64,000 nt of DNA from contig NIVC01002818.1 in the NCBI GenBank assembly GCA_002269645.1, forward strand, positions 44,229-108,228. The letters run 5' to 3'. The notes under the pieces are model-generated. The model searched no databases. It worked only from the letters and a program-made list of their open reading frames with translations, and was not told the DNA's origin. Positions 11,018 through 22,146 of the stretch are shown here, piece after piece; position 1 is the stretch's first letter; the number at the start of each line of letters is the position of its first letter. The DNA is from Macrostomum lignano. Taxonomy: Eukaryota. A program made the translations under genes and the position numbers.

Positions 11018-11478
11018 GCCCTAATACTACTTTTAGAATTTTTTGAATGGGCATTTTTGCAGCTTACCTTGGCTGGGCCCCTTGCCAGCCAGCTAGATTG
11101 GCTTGGTATTGCATCTAGATGATCTATATAAGGACAAAAGTGGCATAATCCTGTATTAATCCATATATTAAAAATGGTCTATCAGTAGGTAGGTATGTGT
11201 GTGATTGATTCTAGAAAAAATGGCTGAACTGATTTTCTTCACACTTGCACTATTCAATCAGAATTATAGTCTAAGGATTAAAATTCCAATATATAGCATA
11301 TTACTTTTTGAGAATAAAAAGAAAAACTATTAGTTGTATTTTGCAAAGCACTAATGCAAAAACATCTACTAAAAATGCTAAAAATGACATATTAGGAATG
11401 AAAATCCACCGAATAGTTCAATAGTTATATCATCATATGTCATGTAACTGGCCTATAAGGATTAGGTTGGTTAGGCTA

Positions 11479-14046
11479 TGTATTGGTTTCCCGACAGACA
11501 TTTAGACAGACATTCAGAAATCATTCAGTAAATGTTTAACAAAATTGTCTATTTAGTACACAAGACAATGTAATTTTTTAGATGTTTTTATGCATGTCTC
11601 TGCTTTAAAAAGACACATCAGACACACACAAAGACGCTTCACAAGCTGAGATATTCCCTAGCAAATGTTGTTACGACGTTTCCCAATATACCGAATACCA
11701 TATATGGTTGTTTTTTGAGGAGCCGCTACATCGTTGCACTTTGCTCTTTCTGAATAAAAATTGCACAACTGCTTGACGCATGTCTCTACTTTAAAAATAC
11801 ATCTTAGACACATACAAAGACACTTCACAAGCTGAGATATTCCCTAGCAATGGTTGTTAAAACATTTTCTAGATATACCAAATGCTATTTGAATCATATA
11901 ACCATTTTTTCAGAAGCTGCACATGCTCTTTCTGCATGAAAATTGCACTGCTGCTTTACACATGCCTCACTATAAAAAGACACATTAAAGACAAACAAAG
12001 ATGCTTCACAAGCTGAAGTATTCTTTAGCAACAGTTGTTCCAATGTTTTCTAAATACTTAGTATACCGAATGCCTGTCTTTGGCATTTGCATGTTTTCTA
12101 GTTGTTCGGTGGGCGATTTTGCTTACCTTTGTCGGAGCTGTCAATTGCAAATCACTTCGAGACTGATTTGCTTCTGCAGTAAGCAGATTGATTTCTTAAA
12201 GTGATACCTGATACTCTCCAGTCATAATTGTTTCTTTTTGGAAGACTCAGCAGAGTTGCAAATTTTATTTTCCATTTTGAGAGTTAGGTCTTACTTTTTT
12301 CTAGTAGTTGTTTGACAACTTTGCTATCTCAATGACTTGTGACAATCAGGTATAGTTGACACTCTAGACAGGCATGCGGAATCTCAAAAAGTTACATTTA
12401 CTTGCAATTCTTTCAGGGCTGTTTTTGTTGCTTCCTTTGCTTCCTTGTGTTGCTTTTTTGCAATGTTTAAATACTACCTAGCATTTTTACATTTGCTCTC
12501 AATAATCTTAACTTAATAATAATAATAGTAGTACAGTATATTGCTGTAGCAATGTTCCTATATGATACAAAATCCCACCACTTCCACCAAAGTTGACGTA
12601 GGGGTTACTTCTGTCCTTATAAATAATTTCACAATGCCACCAAAGTTGTGATAGGGGTGAGCTTCCCTTTATTGATTAATGTACTTTTGTATTAATGTAC
12701 TTATGCTTATTGGTAGCATGCCTATTTCTCTATCTACTTCTATATTAGTAGCATATACTTATCTTATTGGTAGTGTCTATACATGTACTGTACTCTTTGG
12801 CCTAAGCAGTTTAATGACACTGTCTACTTATTTACTCTTATAAGTTTTTTCTCAGTCCTGGGCATTCCCTAGATCAGAGGGTCACAACCTTATGAATTTT
12901 CCTTGCCTTGAAGCGATTTTTCTGCTCTGATGCACTTTCTTGCTAATTAGCCGGCTTTTTAATACTACTCCTAATTTGGGGATTTACTCTAGGAAATGAA
13001 TAAGTCTTTACAAGTTTTGCAAATAAGTTTTTTAGAACTAGATTGGCTATTATTCTCGCTATTTGGGGTGAACGAGGAAGTTCCATGTTAACTTCTCCTG
13101 GCCCATTCTGGGCTCCTATTTATACTACCTATACAGTGTATTTAAAACAAAAAGTTATTTGGTAAAATATTATTTGATTTTACAACATTTAAACAAATGT
13201 AAAAATAATTTCTTTTTTTGCATAAATTCAAATATGGTACTTTCTAGGAAATGTTTTGTGAATGTATTTAATACTTATACTAGAAGGCCTTATACTATAA
13301 AATGAAGCACACTACATCAATATAATCATGGTAATATTAGTAATAATAACAGTACAGTAACATTAATAGTAATAGCATTAATATTAATAATATTTTGATT
13401 TAAATAAATAATACCTATCTATTAAAAAATAATAATATTAATAAAAATAGCTTTTGGTGTACTAAGTATTTAGAAAACATCGTAACAACCATTGCTAAAG
13501 AATATCTCAGTCTATGAAGTGTCTTTGTTAGTCTTTAATGTGTCTTTTTATAGCAAGAAATGCATAAAGCGGCAGTGCAATTTTCATGCAGAAAGAGCAT
13601 AACTTCTGAAAAAATGGTTATATGATTCAAACAGCAACATCAAACAGCATTTGGTATATCTAGAAAATGTTGTAATAACTATTGCTAGGGAATATCTCAG
13701 CTTGTAAAGCATCTTTGTGTGTGTCTAATGTGTCTTTTTAAAGTATACATGCCTAAAACAGCTGTACAATTTTCATTCAAAAAGAGCAAAGTGTGACAAT
13801 GTAGTGGCTCTTTAAAAAGCAACCATATACATATTTGGTATATTGGGAAATGTCGTAACAACCATTGCTGGGGAATATCTCAGCTTGTGAAGTGTCTTTG
13901 TGTGTGTCTAGGATGTATTTTTAAAGTAGAGACATGCATAAAAAAGTCTAAAAATTTACATTGTCTTGCATACTAATTAGACAATTTTGTTAAACATTTA
14001 CTGATCAATTTCTGAATGTCAAAATGTCTATCAGGAAACCAATACA
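11479..14046. mobile_element. Foldback/Mutator-like non-autonomous DNA transposon with ~590-bp modular TIRs
   Basis: Left arm 11479-12067 and right arm 13456-14046 are reverse complements (TGTATTGGTTTCC...GGAAACCAATACA). Each arm holds three ~185-bp subrepeats (CTTCACAAGCTGAGATATTCCCTAGCA). The flanks TGGTTAGGCTA and TGGTTAGGACTA form a near-perfect ~11-bp TSD. Confidence 0.75.
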
Positions 14047-14530
14047 TGGTTAGGACTATGCTATTTAAGACAAGTGCATAATTTGGTTATTATTTAATTT
14101 AGTTCAAGCCTACTAAAATATATAAAAATTGATATTATAAAATTGATATAGATTTTAACTGTGAACCTTTACACTAGCAATTGAACTATCTATGGTCATA
14201 ATTCTTAAAGACCCAGACAGTTACTAAAGAGCTGGGCACACTAGAGAAAATGGAATTAACTAAGAACAAGCAGAGCGAGACAAGGGCTCCTACAATAATG
14301 AATTATTTTTGCTCCTTTTTGTTGACACAAATATACAATTAGACAGAACAAACCATCTTACGAATACACATCAAAAATATACATAGCTTATTAGCTTTTG
14401 TAAGATTAGGATTATCGATTTTCTTATTTTTTTAATTTGAAAAATGTTTAGACATAAGTGATAAGTAGTAAAGTAGTACATACATATATATAAATATATG
14501 TTCATATATATATAGTTAATATATTATATA

Positions 14531-15605
14531 CGAGGGATGATCAAAAAGTTCTGCAAGTGACCTCACAACTCTGTGCTGCAGCAGCCGAGGCGTCTAATCA
14601 GTGTCACATTCCCTTAAAGTACTTTCCACCACTATCTATGCACCGTCGCATCCGTGTGCACCATGTCTGAAAGCAGTCATGGTACTCCAAAGTTGGTATA
14701 CCCTGTAGAGCTGAATGTACCGCTTGGGCAAGGTCTTGCATGCGTGAAAACGGCCTCCCAGAAACAACGGATTTGATCCTCGGGAACAGCCAAAAGTCGG
14801 AAGGTGCTAGGTCTAGAGAGTAGGGTGGATGGGGCAGCAGCCGGACCCCCTGCTGCTCCAGGTACGCCATGGTTGATGCCGCTCTGTGCGGTGCCGCATT
14901 GTCATGGTGCAGCAGGAGTCGAGGTCCATGCCTGGTTCGCGCACGTTCCTGCCGCTCCTGCAGCATGCCTGGCAGAACAGTGTCTGTGTAGTACCTGGCA
15001 GTCACTGTGGCACCCGCTGGAAGGATGTTCACCGATACAACACCCTGAGAGTTGAAAAAAATGGTGAACATCCGCTTCCGACTGCGGAATCCGGTCTTCA
15101 GCACCTCAGGCCTTGGCTCATCTTCTGCCAGCTAGACCATGTTGGACTGCTTATCCCTCATGGTAAATCCTCATGAATTATTGCATTGGCATGGGCCACG
15201 ACATCTTCGGTCACGGATGTCCGGGGTCGGCCAGACCTTGGTTCATCGTTGAAGCTGTCCCAGCCTTCCAAGAAATGGCGCAGCCAGCAGGCAACTGTGT
15301 CAAATGATGGAGCAAAGTCAGCTAAAACATTCACAAAACATGGTGTGAATCTCTGTCACTTTGCAACCAAGTTGCATGCACATAAAGATATAGAAGCGAA
15401 CACTGTCTTTTGATGTTTCCATCAGCTACTGAAAACACATGGAAAATATATGGCTGTGAAATTTTACTGGAGCACATTTGGAAGCCAAAAATGCATATAA
15501 ATATAGCAAACAGATATAGCCGCATATGTGTAAGTTTTTGGCTTTTGCTGATTCTATAACTAAAAGCTATAACAAAAGGTTGCAGAACTTTTTGATCACC
15601 CCTCG
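14531..15605 (-). mobile_element. Defective mariner (DD34D) element, internally deleted
   Basis: 26-bp TIRs CGAGGG(A/G)TGATCAAAAAGTTCTGCAA with TA TSD. Transposase remnants: EGWDSFNDEPRSGRP (HTH region), LLHHDNAAPH and HPPYSLDLAPSDFWLFP. There is an in-frame TAG upstream of the 14604-15104 ORF, and the WVPHEL/TGDETW segment is missing. Confidence 0.93.
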
Positions 15606-15710
15606 TATGTTCCTAGCATAACTCTTTAATTTTTTTTCATTTGTAGTTAAACATTATCACAAGCACTTATAGCAAATTTGTATTATGAGACTAGCAAAAG
15701 AATGCATCCA

Positions 15711-16306
15711 GGACTATTTGTCTTCCAGACTATTTGTCTGCCCTAAGCAAATGGCCAGTGGACTATTTGTCTTCCAGACTATTTGTCTGCCCTAAGCAAA
15801 TGGCCAGTGGACTATTTGTCTTCCAGACTATTTGTCTGCCCTAAGCAAATGGCCAGTGGACTATTTGTCTTCCAGACTATTTGTCTGCCCTAAGCAAATG
15901 GCCAGTGGACTATTTGTCTTCCAGACTATTTGTCTGCCCTAAGCAAATGGCCAGTGGACTATTTGTCTTCCAGACTATTTGTCTGCCCTAAGCAAATGGC
16001 CAGTGGACTATTTGTCTTCCAGACTATTTGTCTGCCCTAAGCAAATGGCCAGTGGACTATTTGTCTTCCAGACTATTTGTCTGCCCTAAGCAAATGGCCA
16101 GTGGACTATTTGTCTTCCAGACTATTTGTCTGCCCTAAGCAAATGGCCAGTGGACTATTTGTCTTCCAGACTATTTGTCTGCCCTAAGCAAATGGCCAGT
16201 GGACTATTTGTCTTCCAGACTATTTGTCTGCCCTAAGCAAATGGCCAGTGGACTATTTGTCTTCCAGACTATTTGTCTGCCCTAAGCAAATGGCCAGTGG
16301 ACTATT
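15711..16306 (+). repeat. 49-bp tandem repeat, about 12 essentially identical copies
   Basis: GGACTATTTGTCTTCCAGACTATTTGTCTGCCCTAAGCAAATGGCCAGT repeated head-to-tail with no spacers. Confidence 0.97.
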
Positions 16307-17928
16307 CGTCTATTGGTGCTAAATAATGGATATGGTATTAACCGACATAGGTTTCTGGACACTTAGGTAACAAGATGCTTTGGCAACAAATGTTTTAGCA
16401 ACAAGTCATATTGGCAATAAATAGTTGTGGTAACTTATAGCATAGCAAGTGCAAGCTTGAGTTCCTAAATTTATTATAGTCATTTTATTGCGTCACTACA
16501 CAATTGATATAGACAAAGACAATAATGCTATTGTATCTACTTTTCTAAACCATGCCACAATAAAAAAATGAAAGCCATTGTATTATAATCTACACAAATA
16601 AAAGTTATCCTGCTATCAAAAATGAATTTTAGATACTATGCCAATGCAATGTTGCAATGAAATCATGATACACTAGTGGCACGCGCCACCACCATAAAAA
16701 TTCTTAGAAATTATAAACTTTTAGCAAAGCCAACATTTTCTTCATTTTTTAAAATTCTAGAATATAATTTTTTGAAAAACATAGGTAAAAACATTTTAGA
16801 ATCTTCTTGCTTATTAGTGCTGGTGCAGCACCTCTTAAAGAGTTTTAAAACTTTTCAATTTGGACTGTTTGTCTGCCTGTAGATAAATAGCCAGCAGACG
16901 AAGTCTGGTAGGCCTACCCAAAAGTCAAAGAATGCACTAGGCCCTAAGTTGTATTTTTATCAATAATATAACCTTATTTTATAAGTGAGCCAATGAGGTG
17001 TCTTGTCTTTATACTCATACAATAATAAAGCTTCACTATTTTAATATATGATATTATAGTTTTTGAACACTATGACTATACATCATACTGCCATTGGAAT
17101 TACTAGATTATAACTATTAGGAGTAGCTTAGGTTAGGTGGTCGGTTTGGGCCTGGCCTGGCGCAACTTGCTAGGCCTAGGCCTAGATATTTTTGCTTTGC
17201 AATTTCTCTCCATATATACTTGCTGTCGAGGATCTTAGATCTGTCTGCCGATATTTTATACACTAGGGATTTAACGCTTATTAGATAGATTTTACATTAT
17301 ACATACTAGATGTACTGTAATTAATGCGTGCCGTTGTGCACATCAAATCATCTATAGTGGTCGTTCTTGTCGCCCCGTCGCAAAATATAGTAGTATATAG
17401 TAAGTTTGGCTCAGGCAAGAAGCCTGTTTGGCCAATATATTTCAATGTTTTGACAATAATTCAAGAAGAGTAGAAGGAAATATTTATGCATAGCAGCATA
17501 GGTAGTGAGGTGGGGGCGGAGAAAGAAAAAAATAAAATGAATGAACTGGGCCTTTGAATTGGGGTTTTCTTCGAAAACCGATCGGCTTTGCGTTCGCACG
17601 AATAAAGCCGGAAATCGCGCAGAAGAATCACAACGAAATCTTTCTCCTGTTTTACTCCGACAGCTGGGTTCTCAAGTCCGGGGGAGTGTAGTCGTAATCG
17701 TAGCAGAGCGGTCTTGTAGCGGCGCGGCCGTTCAATTGATGAAACACCGGAGATTCTGACACTGTAGCTTAATGTGTAGATTTGCTGAGCTGGTTACTTT
17801 CAGTAGGGTAGTTGCTGCCACCACTGTAATTTACGTATTACAGAACGATTCAGTCTCGGAGCTTTCTTTGAGCTGAGAACTTTGGTCATTTTACGCCCCA
17901 CGGGCAAATGACACGAGAAATACTATGG

Positions 17929-19299
17929 TGTGGCGGAAGGCCTTTTAGTTTTAATAGATGGAATGGCAGCGAAGATTCTGCACTGCGTTGCGCGTGTATT
18001 TATATTATATGATTATAACAAACAGTGCGAGATTGAGGGGCCAAAGGAGGTGCGAAAAGGTGGCGTGGCGCGATTGGCTACGCCAACCCCCCGGCTTAGC
18101 GAGCCGGCTAGCTTGGCGCGCACCCACCCCACCTCAGCTAGACAGAGGCGGGTGGGGGTTTCCAGTGCGGCTGCACTGGTGCTGCCGGTCGCGTAGTCTG
18201 GCCGCCACACAGCTCCCCCCAGCACCGAGCTAAGCCCCGAACGTCGGGTGGTAGCCGAGGCCGCGAGAGTGCCGAGGAGCGGGCGCCGAAAGCTAAGCGC
18301 CGAAGACCGCGGAGCTGCCGAGGAGCGGGCGCCGAAAGCTAAGCGCCGAAGACCGCGGAGCTGCTGAGGAGCGGGCGCCGAAGACCGCAGGGGCGCGAGG
18401 CGGGCGCCGAAGGCGGCAGGGGCGCGAGGCGGGCGCCGAAGGTGGCAGGGGCGCGAGGCGGGCGCCGATGGCAGCAGGGCGCCGAGCGGGCTCCAGGCGG
18501 GCGCCGATGGCAGCAGGTCGCCGAGCATGCGCCGACGGCAGCAGGGCGCCAGGCGGGCGCCAAAAGCAGCAGGTCGCTGAGCGGGCGCCGAAGGCAGCAG
18601 GGCGCCAGGCGGGCGCCGAAGGCAGCAGCAGGGCGCCAGGCGGGCGCCAAAGGCAGCAGCAGGGGCGCGCGCACGGACCACACCAGAGGCAATCGACAGT
18701 CAGTTGCCGCCGTGAGCCGGGTCGATGCTCCTGCACAGAGGCTGGGGACGTTAGGCTAGCAGCAGCGGTGCTAACCTAGAATGAGCTGCAGCGTGTGGCG
18801 CTGGTTGGTCCAACGCGGGGGCCGAAAGGCGAGACCCCAGGAGCTACCGGGGGGCGGGCTGACTGGGCCGATTCGTGCTGCGGGGTACTGCTGTGGCTGC
18901 TGTGCTGCTGTGCTGCGGAGCTGTTGTGCTACTGTTGCGGTCGGCCAAGGCGGTTGGCTGCCAGGACCGCACAGGGCCGACAAGGCAGGCCCAGCGTTCC
19001 GCGCTGGGAGTCGGGCTCACCAATGTGGCGGAAGGCCTTTTAGTTTTAATAGATGGAATGGCAGCGAAGATTCTGCATTGCGTTGCGCGTGTATTTATAT
19101 GATTATAACAAACAGTGCGAGATTGAGGGGCCAAGGGAGGTGCGAAAAGGTGGCGTGGCGCGATTGGCTACGCCAACCCCCCGGCTTAGCGAGCCGGCTA
19201 GCTTGGCGCGAACCCACCCCACCTCAGCTAGACAGAGGCGGGGGGGGGGTTCCAGTGCGGCTGCACTGGTGCTGCCGGTCGCGTAGTCTGGCCGCCACA
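17929..19299 (-). mobile_element. TRIM-like miniature non-autonomous LTR retrotransposon
   Basis: Direct repeats 17929-18209 and 19024-19299 with TGTGGCGG...CCGCCACA termini differ by about 5 substitutions and one 5-nt indel. 4-bp TSD ATGG. PBS-like TGGTGAGCCCGAC at 19022-19010; purine run TGGGGGAG next to the left LTR. No coding capacity. Confidence 0.88.
18240..18670 (+). repeat. GC-rich degenerate minisatellite inside the TRIM (GGGCGCCGAAGGCAGCAG-type units)
   Basis: Recurrent GGGCGCC cores; explains the overlapping low-complexity ORFs. Confidence 0.9.
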
Positions 19300-19349
19300 A
19301 TGGCTTTGGTTCAACGGATAAATATTAGAAGTTCAAGTTTATTGAGTTG

Positions 19350-20640
19350 CGTTATTATTTAGCAGGCTGGATAAATTGAAAAATTACTTAATCGACTCGA
19401 CACTATGAGGATGAGACGGGGGAGAGGAAGGGTAAGCCAGCGGTAGCAGAAAATCATGTTGCATCGCGTTTAAATATACAAAAGGAATAACGGTTCACAA
19501 ATTGGAGCATCGGCTGGACATAAACATGGAAGCAAATTCACGCAAAGGGGCATATCGCGGGGCGGCAATAAACACAAAGAAAAAAACAAAAACTACGGCT
19601 CTCGTCCAGCGTCGTGTAAGCAAAAAATTCAAAATCGATCATTAAGTATTGGATCGCCGGGTCCGAGAGGAAACAATAGCAGCGTGTTTCCTCGACTATT
19701 TGATTCAATCAGATCGCGGAAACTCTTGCCCGATGAATCAGTGCAGCGTGGTGAACTGTAACCGCGGTCAAATACCGCCACGACTCGATACCCTGGCACA
19801 TTCGCACAGAGTAGTTTTGTTAGTGCAGCTGGAATGAAATGCTCTCGCTCCATCTCTGTCTGGTAGGTCGCCAGATTTCCATCACTGAGGGCAGGAGATA
19901 TGGATCTACTGAGCGGTGCTGCGTAAACTACCTTGTCAGTCGCATTCACTACGACCAGTTTCTTTAAAACGTTGCTACACTTCGGAGCATAGTATGTGCG
20001 TTTCTGCAGATGGTGCTGGCCGCCTTTACCGATGAAAAAGTATATGTATGGTCACCGATGAACAAAACAAGCTGCTTATCCCGAACGTATCGTTCAAAAA
20101 CACCTGCAAAAATTCGTCCCTGACAACGTTCGTCTCCAGGATCGTCTCAATCGGAGCACATGACAGCAGCCTTGGTTGAAAAGGGTCGTTGATGTAGTGA
20201 TCCTTGGCCACCTCCCAAAAGACTTCACAAGCGCGGCGCGCAGAAATATAGAAATTGTTTCCTATGGCTTCAAAAGCTGACGCCATGGCGGAGTTTTTTC
20301 AGGTAAAGAAATACTCTGTTCTCTTGACTTAGAAATCTAGTGCGTACTAAGCCAGAGATGAGGCTTTTGAAGCTGTCGAAGTACTCTCGAGACATTCCGA
20401 CGACTTTCTCAAAGCGCTTGTCAGCCAAAGTTCAGAAAAAAGATTCGGGCTAAAAAACTTTTTAACCTTGGTTGGAGAACGCTGCAGCGCATCTCTCACA
20501 TCTGCGAATGACTTGCAGGAGCCAAAGGAAGTCGCTTCCTTTAAAACCGAACACCTGGTTGTCTGCTGATGTTTCTTGAGGTTGAATTCAGTGCTAGCTG
20601 AACTGTTTACCACATCGATGGCATGCCCAGTCCATGACAA
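19350..20640 (-). pseudogene. Frameshifted DDE transposase of ISL2EU/PIF-Harbinger type (DDE_Tnp_4-like)
   Basis: Joining frames gives LVLFIGDHTY...LQKRTYYAPKCSNVLKKLVVVNATDKVVYAAPL...SDGNL...VVAVFDRGY, matching the family pattern D..TY.K..N..K.LV...G.....S...SD...D(R/K)G(Y/F). Several frameshifts; TIRs not found. Confidence 0.6.
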
Positions 20641-21469
20641 AGCTAAGTTACATAGATTGAAAAGTGAAGGATGAGCCGCAACAGTCGATCAGAAAATGTG
20701 CATCACCAAATTATTGCACGCATAGATTTCGAAATATAAATGGCTAATGGTCACGCACTTTAGAGTCCAGCATGCTGGCTACTGACAAGCGTTTCTGACA
20801 TATAAAATACCTTTCTGCCCAAATATTTTAACACTTTTATAATGATAATCGCAGTATTATTAACACACTTAGCGTCGGCCATGCAATACATGCGATGCGG
20901 GATTCAGATTGCGTAATCGATACTTAAATGCTCGTTGCCCAGCAAAAAGAAAGTTCAAGGTGTCAGGTAGGGCAATAAAAAGTGAACAACACTCATTATA
21001 AAATGATCGATATTGGCTAGCCAAGAATTACGTCGGCCCTCTATATAATGAGGATTTCAATATTAGGTCCATAAGATTTAGGCATATGATTACAAAGGCA
21101 CAGCACCCTCGGCATCTCTGTTAGCCTCTCTTGCCAACTAATGTATAATCCCATCAGTACTCGAAATATGGCCCGTAAAAATGATCAACGCAAGAGGGAT
21201 GCGGTTTTCAACGATTCTTTTCTCATTGTCCGTCCAGTAGAGAGATCCGATAGAGAAACCGGCTCAATCGGCCACCGCTTCCATTTCAGAGCCTTAAGTT
21301 CACATGAAATCCCCATTTTCCCCATTTATCCCATGCGGAAGCGGCCGGGGTGGAAGAAAGATTAATTACGCTTTTCTTGGCTATTTTGGGTCTGAATAGT
21401 GAGGATTTCTCAGCGGTTTGGTTGCTGGACTCACGGCTTCCAAATCGCGCTTAAGTTCACATCCTCTGT

Positions 21470-21570
21470 CCGTGTGCGGACAAAATTTCTCCGTGTGCGG
21501 ACAAAATTTCTCCGTGTGCGGACAAAATTTCTCCGTGTGCGGACAAAATTTCTCCGTGTGCGGACAAAAT
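21470..21570 (+). repeat. 21-bp tandem repeat (CTCCGTGTGCGGACAAAATTT), about 4.7 copies
   Basis: Direct tandem periodicity. Confidence 0.95.
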
Positions 21571-22009
21571 TAGCGATTAGTCATTTCCTTTTACCTTTTG
21601 AAATATATGTGGCTAGTGAGGTTTCTACAGTATATAGTCGGTGAAAATGGTTTTCAGGTTTTCAAAGAAATGAAACTTCTACTAAATTGGTCGTAGCAAC
21701 AACATGTACACACTTAATTTAATTTCATGCAGTAAAACTACAAATAATATGTGGACACAAACAGGGTTTTTAATATTTACATGTAAGTTTTACTAGCTAT
21801 TGCAGGACGACATCATCTGAATTGTTGTCCGGAATGTACAATGTTTGTAATATGTAGTCAGATTATTTTAGTAATCAAAAGTCTATCTATTCCTACTGGT
21901 ACTTAGCCATTTAAAGAGATACTTAAGAGGGCGCAGTGCAATCCTCCAGCACAGAAACATGCATGTAAATCGTCATAGCCTTAAAAATTTGATGGCTATG
22001 TCTACCTGT

Positions 22010-22082
22010 TCTGTCCAATGGGACACAGTTAAAAAAGCTAGCGCGTCATTGGTGATTACAGCGCTACAAAAACTATAAATTC
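22010..22082 (+). promoter_or_regulatory. Candidate core promoter of paralogue A1, with motifs conserved upstream of all four paralogues
   Basis: TTCTGTCCA(A/G)TG, GTCATTG(G/A)TGATT and TATAAA (22074), about 70 nt before the ATG. Equivalents lie at about 32770-32850, 50275-50340 and 60790-60870 in otherwise diverged DNA. Confidence 0.45.
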
Positions 22083-22146
22083 TCATAACGCAGCCGACGC
22101 AGGGAAGCCCAAAGCAACAAGTTTTAATAAAAAATCATACATTGCA

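Noticed and set aside
11140-14244. Non-autonomous Helitron (5'-like GGCTGAACTGATTTTCTT at ~11223; CCCAG...CTGGG...CTAG at ~14212-14244) interrupted by the foldback element
   Set aside because: Suggestive, but the termini are too degenerate and the hairpin atypical to support a call.
18013-19362. Overlapping Ala/Arg/Pro-rich ORFs
   Set aside because: They arise from GC-rich repeats and LTR sequence of the TRIM, are open in several frames and carry no domain motifs.
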